Positions 1 to 12,568 of a DNA stretch of 64,000 nucleotides are shown here, one piece after another. Numbering within the stretch: the first letter of the stretch is position 1; every line of letters begins with the position of its first letter. The stretch is from positions 62,001 to 126,000 of the forward strand of contig OZ025740.1 of assembly GCA_964019335.1 (NCBI GenBank). The letters are read 5' to 3'. The notes beneath the pieces are model-generated. The model saw nothing but the letters and a program-made list of their open reading frames with translations. It had not been told where the DNA came from and searched no databases. Both the position numbers and the translations under genes were made by a program. Source of the DNA: Diplonema japonicum. Its lineage: Eukaryota; Protista; Euglenozoa: Diplonemea.

Positions 1-393
1 AAGAACTACCGACACGCTGTGACGCAGCTTACAAACAAGGCATATGTCAATGAGGACAACAAGGAACGGCCAGTTCTGGTGCCGGCCCATGCTTGACGCT
101 AGGTTCCAGTCAGCCAGAAGAAAAGTCAACCCGTACAAGTAAAGCGCAGCCTCGATCATTCTGTACCGCAACCTGCGCTCCGTCAACAGCTGCAGAACCA
201 TAGCTAACGACACCACGAGCCCAAGCACCCTGCGACTGTGTCCAAGCTTGGTGAAGTCACTTGCGGAGAGCAGCACCGCATTCCCAAATGCCACAAGCCC
301 CGCAATACACCCCGTTATGAGAATCTTCTTGGTGAATGATGTCGAGCGGCTATCTCCCGGACGCACCAAATGCGTGTAAAGAAAACACCTCAT
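1..393 (-). CDS. 5' part of a multi-TM adenylate cyclase paralog (runs off window)
   Basis: Manual translation from ATG 393 (MRCFLYTHLVRPGDSRSTSFTKKILITG...LQLLTERR...NWPFLVVLIDICLVCKLRHSV) aligns with the N-terminus of the 32834-34981 cyclase (YVLRAGDSQQVRFSKKLILITS...VQILIERR...MWPYFILLIDLCLVCKLNHRV). Not in the ORF track. Confidence 0.85.
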   Translation of the reverse strand, partial: MRCFLYTHLVRPGDSRSTSFTKKILITGCIAGLVAFGNAVLLSASDFTKLGHSRRVLGLVVSLAMVLQLLTERRLRYRMIEAALYLYGLTFLLADWNLASSMGRHQNWPFLVVLIDICLVCKLRHSVSVVL

Positions 394-508
394 AGGTTCT
401 CTTCTTTTTTTTTTATTTTTGTCTCCCCTACTCATGACTACAAGACAGAGGAAAAGAATAAGATATTGAAAACATGGTGACGAGACTGACAAGTCCATCT
501 AATGTATT

Positions 509-2836
509 CTAAAAGAGTTGTGAAGTGCTTGTCGATGACTCGTCCATGTATCCCATGCCAGGGATGTACAGGGTGCAGGAGGTGGTGGGTGAAGATGGAG
601 GGCAGAAATAACTAACTTGGCTCTTTCTCTCTTTTCCCCTCGTGGACTTGCGTTTCCTCGAGCGTATAAAACTACTCGGAACCCAAGGAACCGTTGGTGA
701 CTCAGGTTCTGCAATATCTATAGATGGCGGTGTCATCGGCGGTGCCGATTGATTGACAGCATTCTTTCTTGGGGACATAATTTGGTGCTGCCAACACTCC
801 TCTGTTGTAAAGACCCACCGCCAGGTCTCGTTTAGATACAGCCCGTACTGCTTCAGGGGACGCTTCTTGCTTTTCTTCTTCTTGACTCCCAACTCCTTTT
901 CCATGGTTAAAACAGGTATGCTGAATGAATCGTCTTGAGCAGCACTACTCACAGGGGAAGAACACTGGCTCTCACCTAAGGAGGGGCTCGCACGGGTCAT
1001 AGCCCCTATTCTACGCATTCCTTTATCCTGAACTTGAACCGGCAGAAGTGCTTTATTACTCTCACGCATCTCTCGCTGTTTTAAAATATTCGCAGGGATA
1101 GTTTGAGTTTCAACCTCAGTTTGGAGGAACTCCAGGAGCGCTTGTCGAACGGACTTCACCGCAGGGGATCTTACTTGCATCTTCCGGACAGGGCTCAATA
1201 CGCACGGAATGGGTTCGTCGTTGGGTTTGTTCTCAAGTATGCTAGGCACCGGCTTCAAGCACTTTTTCTGCAGTGTCCTCCACCTCGAGTTGTAATGAGC
1301 CTCTTTTCCCTTTTCGATGTCTGACGCTTTTGCAACTGACTGTGAACTGGGGGGTTGTGGCTGATGAACAGGGACCTGTTCGACCTCAGCTCTGTTGGAA
1401 ACAAGCTTCTTGCCAAAGTCTGGGAGGTCGCTTGTCGGGTAAAGGAGGATCTCGCCCTCTTTCGGCGGGGTGTACAGCGCGCAGTCGATCCACTTGAGGA
1501 CCTTGTTGTGGACACCATGCTGGCGGAGGATGGGCACGATGTGCATGCGCTCCACCTCCCACACGTCACAGTAGTCAATGGCGACAACATTGTTGAGCCA
1601 CTTGTGCTTTGCAAGGCAGGTCTCCCCGACCACCAGGTTCCGAGGGCAGGCCACGTGTCTCCCTGAAACCCGGTAAGCAGTAGCCCCTCCAGTCACCATG
1701 ACAAGACGGTCGCATGCCTCAGCAACAGAAATGACTGTTTCGTTTGGGGACGCCACCTTCAGCCGGAGGCACCGGAAGATCTCCGCGCAGCAAGACCGCG
1801 ACAGCAACGGTGCCCAGCGTAGGTTCTGCATCCACACCTCGAAGTGCGAGTTCATCCGCTTTCCCTCGTGCTCCTTGCGCAGAACCAACCCGGCCTTCAT
1901 GATCTCCTTTGCAGAAGCTTCTCGCTCGTCTTGCATGAAGGTGTCGAACACCGTGGACTTGATGGTGAAGACCTCGCAATTCTCCACCACACGCACCGTG
2001 TAGTCCAGCTTCTGTTTGAATAGGAACTCCACCTGCCATTGGACGATGGGCTTGTCACGCTCTGAGCGTGTCTCCCCTTGCACTCCTCTGTACTGGACGA
2101 CGCCATCTGTCACGATGGCAAGGTACCCGAGGGCAGTATCAGACGAGTAGATGACAGATCCCTTCTTAAACAAGCGGCTTTGTGCGAGGTTCGCCAGCCT
2201 CCGTAGCTGATCGCTGTTCATATAGGCGAAGAGCGGTACTTTGCGAAGAATTGGGACAACCACTGTGTTTAAGAAGTCCCCTGCCCGCTGTACGATCCTT
2301 GAGAGGTCTTCGTTTCTGATGGTGAAGACAACCCCAGGCTCTGCGCATGTTACTGTGCAGGGTGATCCTGCTCGTTCAAGTGCTAGTTTCAAAGGGAACA
2401 ACAAGCACGGAGCGTGTGTCGGGAGGCTGTACCATGGTGATGCCATTTTACCGGACACTAGAATGCTGAAGAAGTCCCCGCTGCCTTGTTGAAACACAAC
2501 CTCCCCTGCCCCTACTTGTCGAAACTCACCTGCGCTAATGAGTTTGGTCACGTGCTCGGGCATCCACTTGGACATGACCGCACAGCCACGCACTGCCTTC
2601 ATGATTATTCTATTGCGTATCTTGACCTTCTTCTCCACCAGGGCGTCGCGGACTCGTGATAGAGCGCTCTCCTTAAGAGAGTCCCAAATGCATTCAGGGA
2701 GGTGTTTGATGTCCGCAGTCTCCAGGTTCGGGAACCCGACCTCTTCCAACCTCAGCGGCCTCTTAGCGTCTTCTCGTAAAGTCTTCCAGCAGTGGGACTC
2801 GGGGCTCGAGAGGAGTAGGTTCGTGAAGTCCGTCAT
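509..2836 (-). CDS. Cyclic-nucleotide-binding (cNMP) domain protein, about 3 cNMP-like domains plus disordered C-terminus
   Basis: cNMP motifs AGEVVFQQG..FFSILVSG, LRKVPLFAYM..QLRRLA...FKKGSVIY...YLAIVTDG, VVGETCL...VVAIDYCDVW. Start moved to the MTDF ATG because the upstream ORF part is poly-K/F homopolymer. Confidence 0.85.
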   Translation of the reverse strand: MTDFTNLLLSSPESHCWKTLREDAKRPLRLEEVGFPNLETADIKHLPECIWDSLKESALSRVRDALVEKKVKIRNRIIMKAVRGCAVMSKWMPEHVTKLISAGEFRQVGAGEVVFQQGSGDFFSILVSGKMASPWYSLPTHAPCLLFPLKLALERAGSPCTVTCAEPGVVFTIRNEDLSRIVQRAGDFLNTVVVPILRKVPLFAYMNSDQLRRLANLAQSRLFKKGSVIYSSDTALGYLAIVTDGVVQYRGVQGETRSERDKPIVQWQVEFLFKQKLDYTVRVVENCEVFTIKSTVFDTFMQDEREASAKEIMKAGLVLRKEHEGKRMNSHFEVWMQNLRWAPLLSRSCCAEIFRCLRLKVASPNETVISVAEACDRLVMVTGGATAYRVSGRHVACPRNLVVGETCLAKHKWLNNVVAIDYCDVWEVERMHIVPILRQHGVHNKVLKWIDCALYTPPKEGEILLYPTSDLPDFGKKLVSNRAEVEQVPVHQPQPPSSQSVAKASDIEKGKEAHYNSRWRTLQKKCLKPVPSILENKPNDEPIPCVLSPVRKMQVRSPAVKSVRQALLEFLQTEVETQTIPANILKQREMRESNKALLPVQVQDKGMRRIGAMTRASPSLGESQCSSPVSSAAQDDSFSIPVLTMEKELGVKKKKSKKRPLKQYGLYLNETWRWVFTTEECWQHQIMSPRKNAVNQSAPPMTPPSIDIAEPESPTVPWVPSSFIRSRKRKSTRGKERKSQVSYFCPPSSPTTSCTLYIPGMGYMDESSTSTSQLF

Positions 2837-4235
2837 TTTCTTTTTTTGTGTGTCTGGTGTGGTGCGTGCAGAAAAAAAAATGTAAGGAGGGGGGGGGGGG
2901 GTTAAAACAAAAAAAAAGAGAGGGAGGGATAATAAAAGAAAAAAAAAAAACAAAGAAAAAAGAGGGAAAAAAAAAAAAAAAAAAAAAAAAGAAAGAGTTT
3001 TTTTTTTCTTCCCCCCCCCCTTGGGCTGGTGAAGCACAGGAAGCCATAACCCGCCTGATTCTCGGGATCTTCAGGCGATCCTGAAACATCGCAAAAAGAA
3101 GAAAAAAAAAAAAAAAGATAAAGAAAAAGAAAACACTCGTATGAGCACTCTGACGGGGGAAAGGTCTACGAGAAGGACAGTGGAAATGACTTAACCTGTG
3201 GCTAATAGCGACAACCAGAAAAGGAAAAAAAAAAAAAAAAAAAATGGAGGAAAAAAAAAAACATGAGGGGAGCGGGGTAAATGGCAATCAATCAGGGTAG
3301 GAAAAGGACGGGGGAGAAGAAAAAGAAAAGAAAGAACAGGAAAAGTGAGAGGGGGGAAAAAAATACTTTTTTTTTTTTTTTCTCTTCTCAAAATTTAAAA
3401 AAAAAAAAAAAGTCCCATCTAAGTTCTTCTACTTTTCCTTTTTTACTTTCTTTTCTTATTCTCCTTCCCCTTTCAATATTTTTCTCACAGTCTGACCCAT
3501 CTTCCACGCCTACCCTTTTTTTTGTGTTTCCCCATTGAATAGAGAAAAGCCCATGATGGTGGGGAGGGGGCGTGTGTGTTAGTCACGACCCACCGGAAAA
3601 AAAAAAACTTTTTTTCATACGAGCTAGAACGGGGAAAAAAAAGTTTGCTCTTTTGGATTTTTAATTTTGAAGCCTCAAAAAAAAAAAAAAAAAAAAAAAG
3701 AGTAAGAACTGGGCACAACGCGATTTTTAATTCCATTCCATCCCTTGTAGACAACAAAACAGGAATTCTATCCGAGTTCAAACTAGAAATCCGAAAAGAG
3801 GTTTTTTTTTTTTAATTTTTTTCATTTAGAAACAAAAAAAAAAAAAAAAAAAAAAAAAAGAAATCACGTCATATCTCAAAAAAAAAAAAGTGAAGATACC
3901 CTTTGAAGAAACAAAAAAAAAAAAAAAAACCCATAAAAAAGGACCTGGAACTGATAAATCAGTCATATATATAATATCTCCCCCAAACAAAAGTTGTGCC
4001 TCCTGATCAGGGGGTATAGTAGACCAACATCGAAGGGTGCCAAAAGTACACATCAAGGACTGACCACCTCTTGGGCTTCGCTTCAAGTTTCGAAGGACAG
4101 GATAACTGGCTTGTGGCAGCCAGGGCCCCTCATCACGATCGGCTGAGTTGAACTCCTTCTCCTCACATAGACTTTGGGAAAATTTTCTGAAAAAATACTT
4201 GACTTGTCTCAGTCTAGGGGCGCACAGGATGGAGG

Positions 4236-4277
<42 letters not shown>

Positions 4278-4282
<5 letters not shown>

Positions 4283-4349
4283 GAGTTTTTTAAGGTGGAC
4301 GTATATCGGTTATAGGCCGTCAACGCGCAACCCCTCTGCATCAGCAGTC
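4278..4349 (-). mobile_element. Retroposon 3'-tail remnant, family C (longer copy 48825-48958)
   Basis: taaggtggacgtatatcggttataggccgtcaacgcgcaacccctctgcatcagcagtc is identical at both loci; both copies are bracketed by A-runs. Confidence 0.65.
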
Positions 4350-4994
4350 AAAAAAAAAAAACACCAACTGTGCTGCCAATGGGAAAAAAAAGGGGGGGGG
4401 GCAGTCCTTTTATGGGTAAAAAGCATGTAGGGGACAAAACTTTCTTTATTTCTTTGTAGTTATGAAGGCGTAAGAAGAAAAAGAAAAAAAAAAAAAGAGA
4501 AATATAAAAGAAGGTGGAATAACATGGGCCAAATTGGGGGTTTCCTCTAAGAAAAAGGCAGGCACCCTGACTGGCACGAAACAAGAGAGAAGAGAAAAAA
4601 GATAAAGAGAGGAAGGAAAAAAAAAGAGAAAAGAAAATACACGTCACACTCAGGTTAAAAACATGAGAAGAAAGGGAAGGGAAAAAAAAAAAAAAAGCTA
4701 AAAAAAAGAGGAAAGGTGAAGGGGAACAACACATGTGACCGCAAACACAATCAAACAAAAAAAGTTTAAAGAGCCGTAAAATGACTACGCCATTCTTAAG
4801 GAGACTAATAATGAAGTAGCCTCGATTGCTTGTTTGAACAGGGGGGGGGGGGGGGGAAGAAGGGAAGAAAACAGGGAAGAGGGAGTGCATAGCGGATATA
4901 TTCCCCCCCCCTAAGGCCTTATCCAGAGACAAAAAAAAGGGGGATTACCTTTATTCATGGATATATATCTTTCTATTATTTTCAGCTGTGCGCT

Positions 4995-5028
<34 letters not shown>

Positions 5029-5138
5029 AATTTGACAAGAAAGCCTCTTTTTTTTTTTTTTTTTTTTTTTTTAAATATGTATGATCACCAATCGTTTTTT
5101 ATCTACGACATGATTAGCTGATAACGGGTGTGGAAGAA

Positions 5139-5172
<34 letters not shown>

Positions 5173-5174
<2 letters not shown>

Positions 5175-5436
5175 AGACTATTTAAGGGCCTGCAGTATGT
5201 GGCAGGGCGCATCGTCTACTTGATTACAGGGGCGCACCTCGGCCTAGCTGTAGCTTCTTCTGCGTTCTGCGTTGTGTCCTTAATGCGTTTGTGCAACTCA
5301 ACCCTAGCCGGGGCGCGGCGGGTAACCAAGACCCAGCCCTGAGCATCTGCAATATATTCTTCCATTCGGGCGCTACCGGTGATGACCGACGAGGTACTTT
5401 TTATATTTCCATATTTCTGTGTTATCCCACCGCCTT
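5173..5436 (-). mobile_element. Retroposon 3'-tail remnant, family A (others 18720-18874, 19955-19995, 24104-24252, 44171-44646)
   Basis: Shared terminus ttaaggg..ctgc(a/g)gtatgtg(g/a)cagg next to an A-run; the longest copy encodes the LINE C-terminal domain. Confidence 0.7.
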
Positions 5437-5572
5437 AAAAAAAAACAAAAAAAAAAAATCTCCATTCCTCCTTATTTCCAGGAGATTGCCCACCCCCGGG
5501 CTCAGCTAACTTGACGAGATGGACTGGCTTTTTTCAGTGAAAAAAAATTCTTTAAAAAAAAAGGGTCCTGCG

Positions 5573-5610
<38 letters not shown>

Positions 5611-6530
5611 CTCTCTTTTTCTTTACTCTATATGAATTATGTCCGACTGACTCTCTGCGAGGACGGCTCACAAAAAAAAAAAAAAAAAAAAAAATACTCA
5701 CAATTGAAAAAAAAGCCACAAAAAACCAAGAAATGGGAAAAAGCAACAACAAAAGAAACAAACAAAAAGAAAGAAAGAATCTCCTTTTCTTATTCTTATG
5801 GCTCGATGTAAGTACTGAAATCTCCCTTGTCTTGATGGCACATAAGAGTAAGAGCCCTGCAATTACCACTGGGACCTGAAGGCTTTAACACGAATTCATC
5901 AGAATATTTGATAAATGCTGCCAATGGACGAATATTTCGCCCATTAATAAATAGTACTGGTAGCCCACGCTTGTCTTTTTTTCTAGAACAAACTCACTTT
6001 TCCAGGTGGTCTTTCTTCGATAAAAAATAATAATATTTCCCCTATTTCCTATTCTCCTTTGTGTTTTCTTTTTTTTGAAAAAAGGGAAGGGGGGGGACAA
6101 AATATCACATTTCAGGTATCTCCATAACAGAGAGATATCGCAAAAAAAAAGGGGGGGGTGCATTTTGTGTGTAATTATTATGTATTTTCATATTTCATAA
6201 TAATAAGAAAACGGAGAGGGGTGGGAGACCACACTCTATGATACTTTTTTCTTCTTCTTTTTCTTTTAAAAAAAAATCTTTCATATCGCATTGCGTGACC
6301 CCCCCTCATTTCTTCCCCGTTACATATATTACTTTTTTTTTCCTTTTCTTTTTTTTTTTTTCCCTCCCTTCCTTTGCATGGTATGAAACCCTAGCCGCAA
6401 GAAAAAAAGTAAGTAAATAAAAGGGTAGGTACTTTTAGGAAAAAAAAAAAAAAAAAAAGAAAAAAAAAGAAATACCCCTATTCAGAAATATGTTTTAAAC
6501 CGGAAAATTTCTTTCGGCAACCTTGGGTCC

Positions 6531-6561
<31 letters not shown>

Positions 6562-7026
6562 ATTTCCGTATTTCTCCACCACTCTGCCATCTCCGGTGGC
6601 CGCCACTGTCCACTCAGGCTCTCATGAAGTTCTTCTGGGGGAGGGGGAGAAATGCAGAAGAACATATTTTCTGATTTCGGTATTTCCTTCATTCATCTTG
6701 GGTGTGGACAAAATCTGTCGGGGGAAAAAAAAAAAAATAGAATAAAATAATAGAAAATACTTCTCTTTCTTTCTTTTCTTTTCTTGCACCTAAAAAAAAA
6801 ATATTTTGCCAGAAGAAGAGAAAAAAAAAAAAAAAACAATTAAATGTGTGTTTTAAAGGGGTTTATTTGTAAGATGCCCTCGCACCTTTGTTCTTAAATA
6901 TTAAAAAGAGAGAAATATGGTATCGATCCATACTTTTTTTTTTTTTTAATTTTCTGTTTTTCTCCTTCGCACTGAAATTGTGATGTAGATAAAATAATAA
7001 TATTGAAAAAAAAAAAAAAAAAAAAA

Positions 7027-7065
7027 GATTCACTATGATAGGAACGAAGTGGTTAGCAACGGCCC
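7027..7065 (-). mobile_element. Short interspersed repeat, family E (others about 32006-32045, 38552-38799, 45511-45575, 57464-57511; divergent about 48343, 58100-58181, 60813-60905)
   Basis: tcactatgataggaacgaag(t/c)ggttagcaacggccc recurs with one fixed end at an A-run and one variable end. Confidence 0.75.
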
Positions 7066-8413
7066 AAAAAAACAAAAAAAGAAATGCGCAATTTATATCT
7101 CGAGGTGCTGGGGTGCCTAAACATTTGATGCTCTCATGATGGGTAAAAGAAAGGGAGAGGGGAAAAAAAGGGCCATGCTTGCTGAAGTGAAGTGTGTAGT
7201 CCTCGTCTTCCTACCATAGGCCAGGACACCTGAGATATAAAACGTTAAAAAAGAAAAAAAAACAAAAAAGAAAAAGGAAAATGCTCGTTACAATAAGAGA
7301 AATAAAAAAAAAAAAATAAAAAACTATCGAAATAATTGATTTCCTTCCCCCCCTCCCTCCCTCCCTTGTGGATCTCGGCTCTTGGGCAAGAGATCCTCTT
7401 TCCCCTCCCTCCGTTTTCTTTTTTTTCTTTAATTCTCTTTTTTTTTTTTTTCCCCTCCCCCATCACTTCAAAAAAAAAAAAGTAGAATTCAAATTTATCA
7501 TTTTTTCCACAAAAGTCACGAAAAAAAAAAAAAAAAAATAGAAGAGGAAAGAGGAGAGAAAAAGGAAAGGGAGGATATGGAGACTAGAAATGAAGTTTTT
7601 CATTTGGGGATAATATAACTAGGAAAACAAAAAAAAGAAAACAAAAAGGAAAGAAAAGAAAATTCGCTCTTTTCTCCGAATGAAATTTAATTCGTATTTT
7701 TTTCTTTTTTTTTTTTTTCTTTTTTTTTTTTTAAAGGTGAATTGAAATAAATGTGCTCTGGAAGAGTTTTAAAAGTATAGAAATAAAAAAAAAGATAAAA
7801 AAAGAAAATGCGCAAAAGAAACAAAACTCTGAGAAAGTTGGTTTCTAGGGGGAAAGGGAATGAGAATGGGAAGGACGGGAGCAAACCAGAAAATAAAGAA
7901 GTGGGGAGGAAGGAAAGAAAAAAAAAATGGGGGGAAAATCTTTTTATTTTTTATTTTTCATCTTTACAGTTTTTTCTGCCAATAGAATGTATTCCCCAGT
8001 AGATTTGCATAATGTGAGAGGGGATGGCATGAGCAAAGGAAACAAAAACAAAGAAAAAAAAAATTGCCGAGAACAAGGTGTCCCGGGGAAAAGAATTGGG
8101 AGACTTTCCTTTTTTTTCTTGTTGACGAGGAAGAATTGGTTATAGCAGTACCCTTGATTACTTTAGCTCAAACCCTAGAGGGTGTCTCTTGTTTTTTTTT
8201 ATTTTTGTTCTTGGTTTCAAGGACTATTCCGTTTCCCCGCGGACATACAACGGTCGTTGCAAGGCTTTTGGTTGAGGAAAGCGATGAAGGCCGAAGCGCT
8301 TGAAGCAAAAAAAAAAAAAAGAAAATCAGAGGCCCAAGGTTTGCGCAAAAAAAAAAAAAAGAGATCTAGGGGCAAATTGGCTATTTAGAGTAAATAAAAG
8401 ACTGGTTCTTTTA

Positions 8414-8452
<39 letters not shown>

Positions 8453-8683
8453 GCGCGACCTAATTGTGGAGTAGTTACATTTTTTTTTTTCTTCTTTTTA
8501 TTTTTTGTTGTAATAAATAAAAAAAAAAAAAAAAAAAAAAAAACAATATCAGCAACAAAAAAAACATAACAAAAAAAAGAAAAAAAAAATTCAAATAAGG
8601 AAGCAGACCGTAGTGGTCCGTTCTTCTGGTGGAAGAAAAAAAAAAAGAAAAAAAAAAAGGAGCAAAAAAAAAAAAAAAAAAAA

Positions 8684-8875
8684 CTAGTCTGGCTTCATTT
8701 GTTTGCGCGCACCTTCGTCCCGAATCTCGCCTGCGGAGAGCTTGCGATGCTCTTCTTGCACCGCACCAGCCCTTTGTGGGACAAAATGCAAGAACAATGG
8801 ACTAAAAATAAAATAGCTCATTATGCTGCCATCAACTAGCTTTTTGGTCTCGACAATAATATTTTTAAAACAAAA
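8684..8875. repeat. Dispersed repeat shared with 40492-40605
   Basis: aataaaatagctcatta(t/c)gctgccatcaactagcttttt..ctcgacaataatatt.ttaaaac at both loci; both begin actagt. Confidence 0.7.
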
Positions 8876-9576
8876 AAAACGAAATTAGCAAAAAAAAAAA
8901 AAAAAAAAAAATATCAAATACAGTAATTTACTGTTTAAAAAAAAAGGGGGGGGGGCAAATTATTACCAGTGCAGGACCCTAATTTTTTTTATTATTTTAC
9001 ACATTTCACTTTTTCCTTTTTTTTTTTTTTCTTTTTTTTTTTTTTCTTTTTTGCTGTATTGTAATTAAAATTACACCAAATGATGTTTCATTGAAGAGAA
9101 AAGAAAATTTGTTTGACTTTTATTTTAAGCAACTACGCCACTCAACAACAAAAATGATTTTTTTTTTTTTTTTTTCCCCCGCAGGCTCAGATTTTAAACA
9201 AAAGTAAGTAAATAGAAAGGGGTAAAAAAAAAAAAAAAAAAAAAAAACATAACCAATAAATCCCAAGACTGGGTTTTGGCAGTGTACTTTTGGTCTAAGG
9301 TTAAAAAAAAAAAAAAAAAAAAAAAAAGAATATTGTGTTCAGTTTTTTTTTTTTTTTTTTTTTTCACTTTTCAATTTCATATGTTTCTCTTAAAAAATTG
9401 TTACTCTGGGCTCACTGCTCAGACACAGGGGTGGGGAGGCACAAAAAAAGAGGGGGGGGCATGAAAAATGGGGATATGGGGGGGAAGAGAGATATAGAAA
9501 GGATAAGGTATAAAAAAAACAAACAAAAAATTAAAACAAACATTTCTTTCTGAGCGCCGGTATATGGATTTGGACG

Positions 9577-9612
<36 letters not shown>

Positions 9613-10607
9613 TTCTTCCTTTTTCTTTTTTATTTTTTAATAATGCGCAAAGTCTCAAGGCTCTATATACACCAACAAAAAAGAAGAAAAAGTGTGACAA
9701 AAAAAAAATGAAATCTTAAAAAAAAAAAAAAAAAAATTGTATTTCAAACAGGAACGTGGGATAGTACAAATAGGCCCAAGCTTGGCGTTCTTTCAAAAAA
9801 GTGATAAAAAGGTTAAACAAACAAAAAGCCGAGTTTGATTATTAGAAAAATGGTGTACAACTCGCGATAGCTATTCTTCTCTTCTTCGCAATCTGCCTTA
9901 ATTCTCCAGAGAAAAAAAAAAAAGACTCTTTTGTGCAATCTTGCACTTTTTCTTCTTCTTTTTTTTCCTTTTTCTTTTTTTTTTCTTTTAACAATTTGGA
10001 CAAAAAAATTTAAAGATAGGCTTTTTTTTTTCCCCCTCACCTTTTTTTTTTTTTTTTTTTTTTTTTATTATGTCCTCAACTTCTTTTTCTGTTCTTTTAT
10101 TGTTCTCTTTTTTCTTTTTTTCTTTTTAAAAGTTGTAGTGGAGAGGAAAAAAATTTTTTAAGAGTCCTTGCATCTTGTTCTTGCGATACGAGACGCAACG
10201 TGCCCTTATTTTTATTTGTTCTTTACAAGAACGAAAAAAAAGGAAAAAGAAAGGCAAAAAAATAGGAGAGGGTCCCCTAATTTTTTCCCTTAAGAAAAAT
10301 AAAGCAATCCCTTCTTTTTCTTTATTCTTTTTAAATTCAAAAGCAGTGTCTATACTTTATTTCATTTATTTTCTTTTCTTTTCTTTTCTTTTGAGCCCCC
10401 CAGTCCCTTTTTTTTTTTCCACCCTCGTTGTCAAAATTTCTTCTTTCTTATGTCTTTCTTCCTTTTCTTTTTTTTTTTTTTTTCCCACCCACTTTTCTTC
10501 CTCAATATACCCAAAGATTAACTTCACCCAGGCACTTGAGAAAGAAAAGAATTGGAAAAAAAAAAAAAGAAAAAAGGGGAAAAAAAAAGAAATTAAAAAG
10601 ATGACAG

Positions 10608-10639
<32 letters not shown>

Positions 10640-10957
10640 AGGGATAAAAAAATAAAGCATGAACTGGAGCTCAACAAAACAATTATAGACTGCTGAACGG
10701 GTAAAGTAGTGTGTGTGTTTTTTTTCATTTTTTTTTTTTTCATTTTTTCTTGAAGGGTAAGGAAGGCAAAGAGAGGAAATATGAAGAAAGAGAAAAAAAA
10801 GGGGAAAAGCAAAAAGAGAAGAAAAAAAAAGCGAAAAATCAGAAGAGGACCTTCATTAAAAACAAAGAATATTATGAGCACACCACTAAAATCACAACAA
10901 AACTAGGGCACTGCAGTCCATTTCTTACAGCCTACTAAATTGGCCCTTTTACACAGG

Positions 10958-10988
<31 letters not shown>

Positions 10989-11298
10989 TGAAGAAAAAAA
11001 AAAGCCTTTAAAAAATAGAAAAAAAATTCTTTTTTTCCAGAAACAAAATTTGAAAAAAGGGGGGAGGGTGTAAAAAAAAAAAAATTGTTATTTTCATGAG
11101 AAACAAAATTGTTTTTCTTTTTTTTCTTTCTTCTTTTTCTTTCTTTCAAAAAAAACAAATATGCAAGTAGGGGGAGGAGGAGGGGAGGGGGGGGGGGGGT
11201 GGTAGAAGGGAAGAGGGAGTAAAGAATATATTCATTTTTTTTTTTTTTTTTTTTAGCTAAGTTTTATTTTTTATTTTTTTTATTTTTTATTTTTTTTT

Positions 11299-11329
<31 letters not shown>

Positions 11330-11479
11330 CTTGGGCACAGGCAATAGAGAAAAAGAAAAAAGAAGAATAAATTTATTTTATTTTTTTTTCCTTTATTTTT
11401 TTTTTTTTTTTTTTTTTTTTCCTCTAGCCTTTATCATGTGCATGGGAGGGAGAGGGAGAAAAGCTGGGGGAAAAAAAAA

Positions 11480-11941
11480 TCACGATTCCACATATTGGAT
11501 ATCAGTCGTACCATCATCGTTAAGAATGACAATGATCCTTGATGTCTCAGAGGGCAAACAGGCCTTTGTCTGCAATTCCACCTCTGCTTCTTCTTCGTCA
11601 GTTGTCATCACAGAATCATGCTCAATGAAGGACTCCGACGACCCGTCGTCAGAGCTCTCAGAAGAATCGACAAATTTCTGCTTCAAGACAGTAGGTACCC
11701 CATTCAGTACCATTGTCCCGTGAAGGCTGACTCGCTGCTCCAAGTTGAGCTTCCTGTGGTGAACATGGAGGTACTTGCAGGCCGTCCGGCTGCAGGCGCC
11801 CCTTGCGTAGAACTGGTCACACTTGGCAAGTCCCTTCTTCTTCACCTGGTGCTGGCACTCCCTGCAGCGAAGGGTGGACACGTTCTTCCTCTTGCGCACA
11901 ATTTCCCACGAGTTGTGCTCATGTGCAACGGTACGGCTCAT
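11480..11941 (-). CDS. CCCH zinc-finger protein
   Basis: CDQFYARGACSRTACKYLH (CCCH) preceded by H..W...RCRECQ; acidic tail; GC-rich island; A-run before ATG. Confidence 0.85.
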   Translation of the reverse strand: MSRTVAHEHNSWEIVRKRKNVSTLRCRECQHQVKKKGLAKCDQFYARGACSRTACKYLHVHHRKLNLEQRVSLHGTMVLNGVPTVLKQKFVDSSESSDDGSSESFIEHDSVMTTDEEEAEVELQTKACLPSETSRIIVILNDDGTTDIQYVES

Positions 11942-11943
11942 TT

Positions 11944-11977
<34 letters not shown>

Positions 11978-12010
11978 CTGTTTTTGAAATTTAAAAAAAA
12001 AAAAAAAAAA

Positions 12011-12449
12011 GTTGTCTCGATTTTAGTGGTGCCATGCAGTATGTGACACAGCGGCCACCCTTGTGAAACTTCGCCCCGAAGCCTCCCAAGTCCCCTGTGG
12101 TCCCGTAGAAAGTAAAAGTGGAGAGGTAAAGAAAGCTTGGAAATTGAAATAGGGAGAGGGGCCACTTAAACACCAACTGGAGAGTTGTGGAGGCTTGCTT
12201 CACTGGCACGATGCCGCGGGGAGGCTACTTGCCTGACCTGGTGAAGCCACCTCCTTGTTCGATGTAATGGGATAAGGGACTCTCCGTTGAGGGCGATGCT
12301 AACTGGCGCCACGCGTAGGGTGGGCTCTCCACCCCCGTCCAGGTTTCCCCACGTGTACGGCTTTAGAACGAGAGTTTTCCTTTCGCTTGTGTTTCTCCAA
12401 ACCACAATTACCAGGAACCACCACAGGGAGGTTGGAAACATTGGTCCCC
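12011..12449 (-). mobile_element. Retroposon 3' remnant, family F (partial copy about 22065-22230)
   Basis: tttagtggtgccatgcag...cttcgccccgaag...gtcccctgtggtcccgtagaaagtaaa is shared; bracketed by A-runs; carries the CACATACT stem-loop. Confidence 0.65.
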
Positions 12450-12486
12450 AAAAAAAAAAAGGGGGGGGGAAAAAAACCCTCTCAGC

Positions 12487-12568
12487 CTGCCCATTGTCCT
12501 TTCAACGCCTCTAGGTCATGCTTGGTCTTCGGTGATGCAAATATCGATATCGCCCTTCTGTTCCATCC
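12487..12568 (-). mobile_element. Small fragment of the 29985-31595 LINE
   Basis: gcccattgtcctttcaacgcctctaggtcatgcttggtcttcggtgatgcaaatatcg is identical to about 30133-30190. Confidence 0.8.

Noticed and set aside
7027-7050. Family E terminus resembles 28S rRNA (TTCCTATCAT.GTGAA)
   Set aside because: Only about 16 nt match and the flanks are not rRNA-like.
2763-11400. Many poly-K/poly-F ORFs
   Set aside because: Translations of homopolymer runs.
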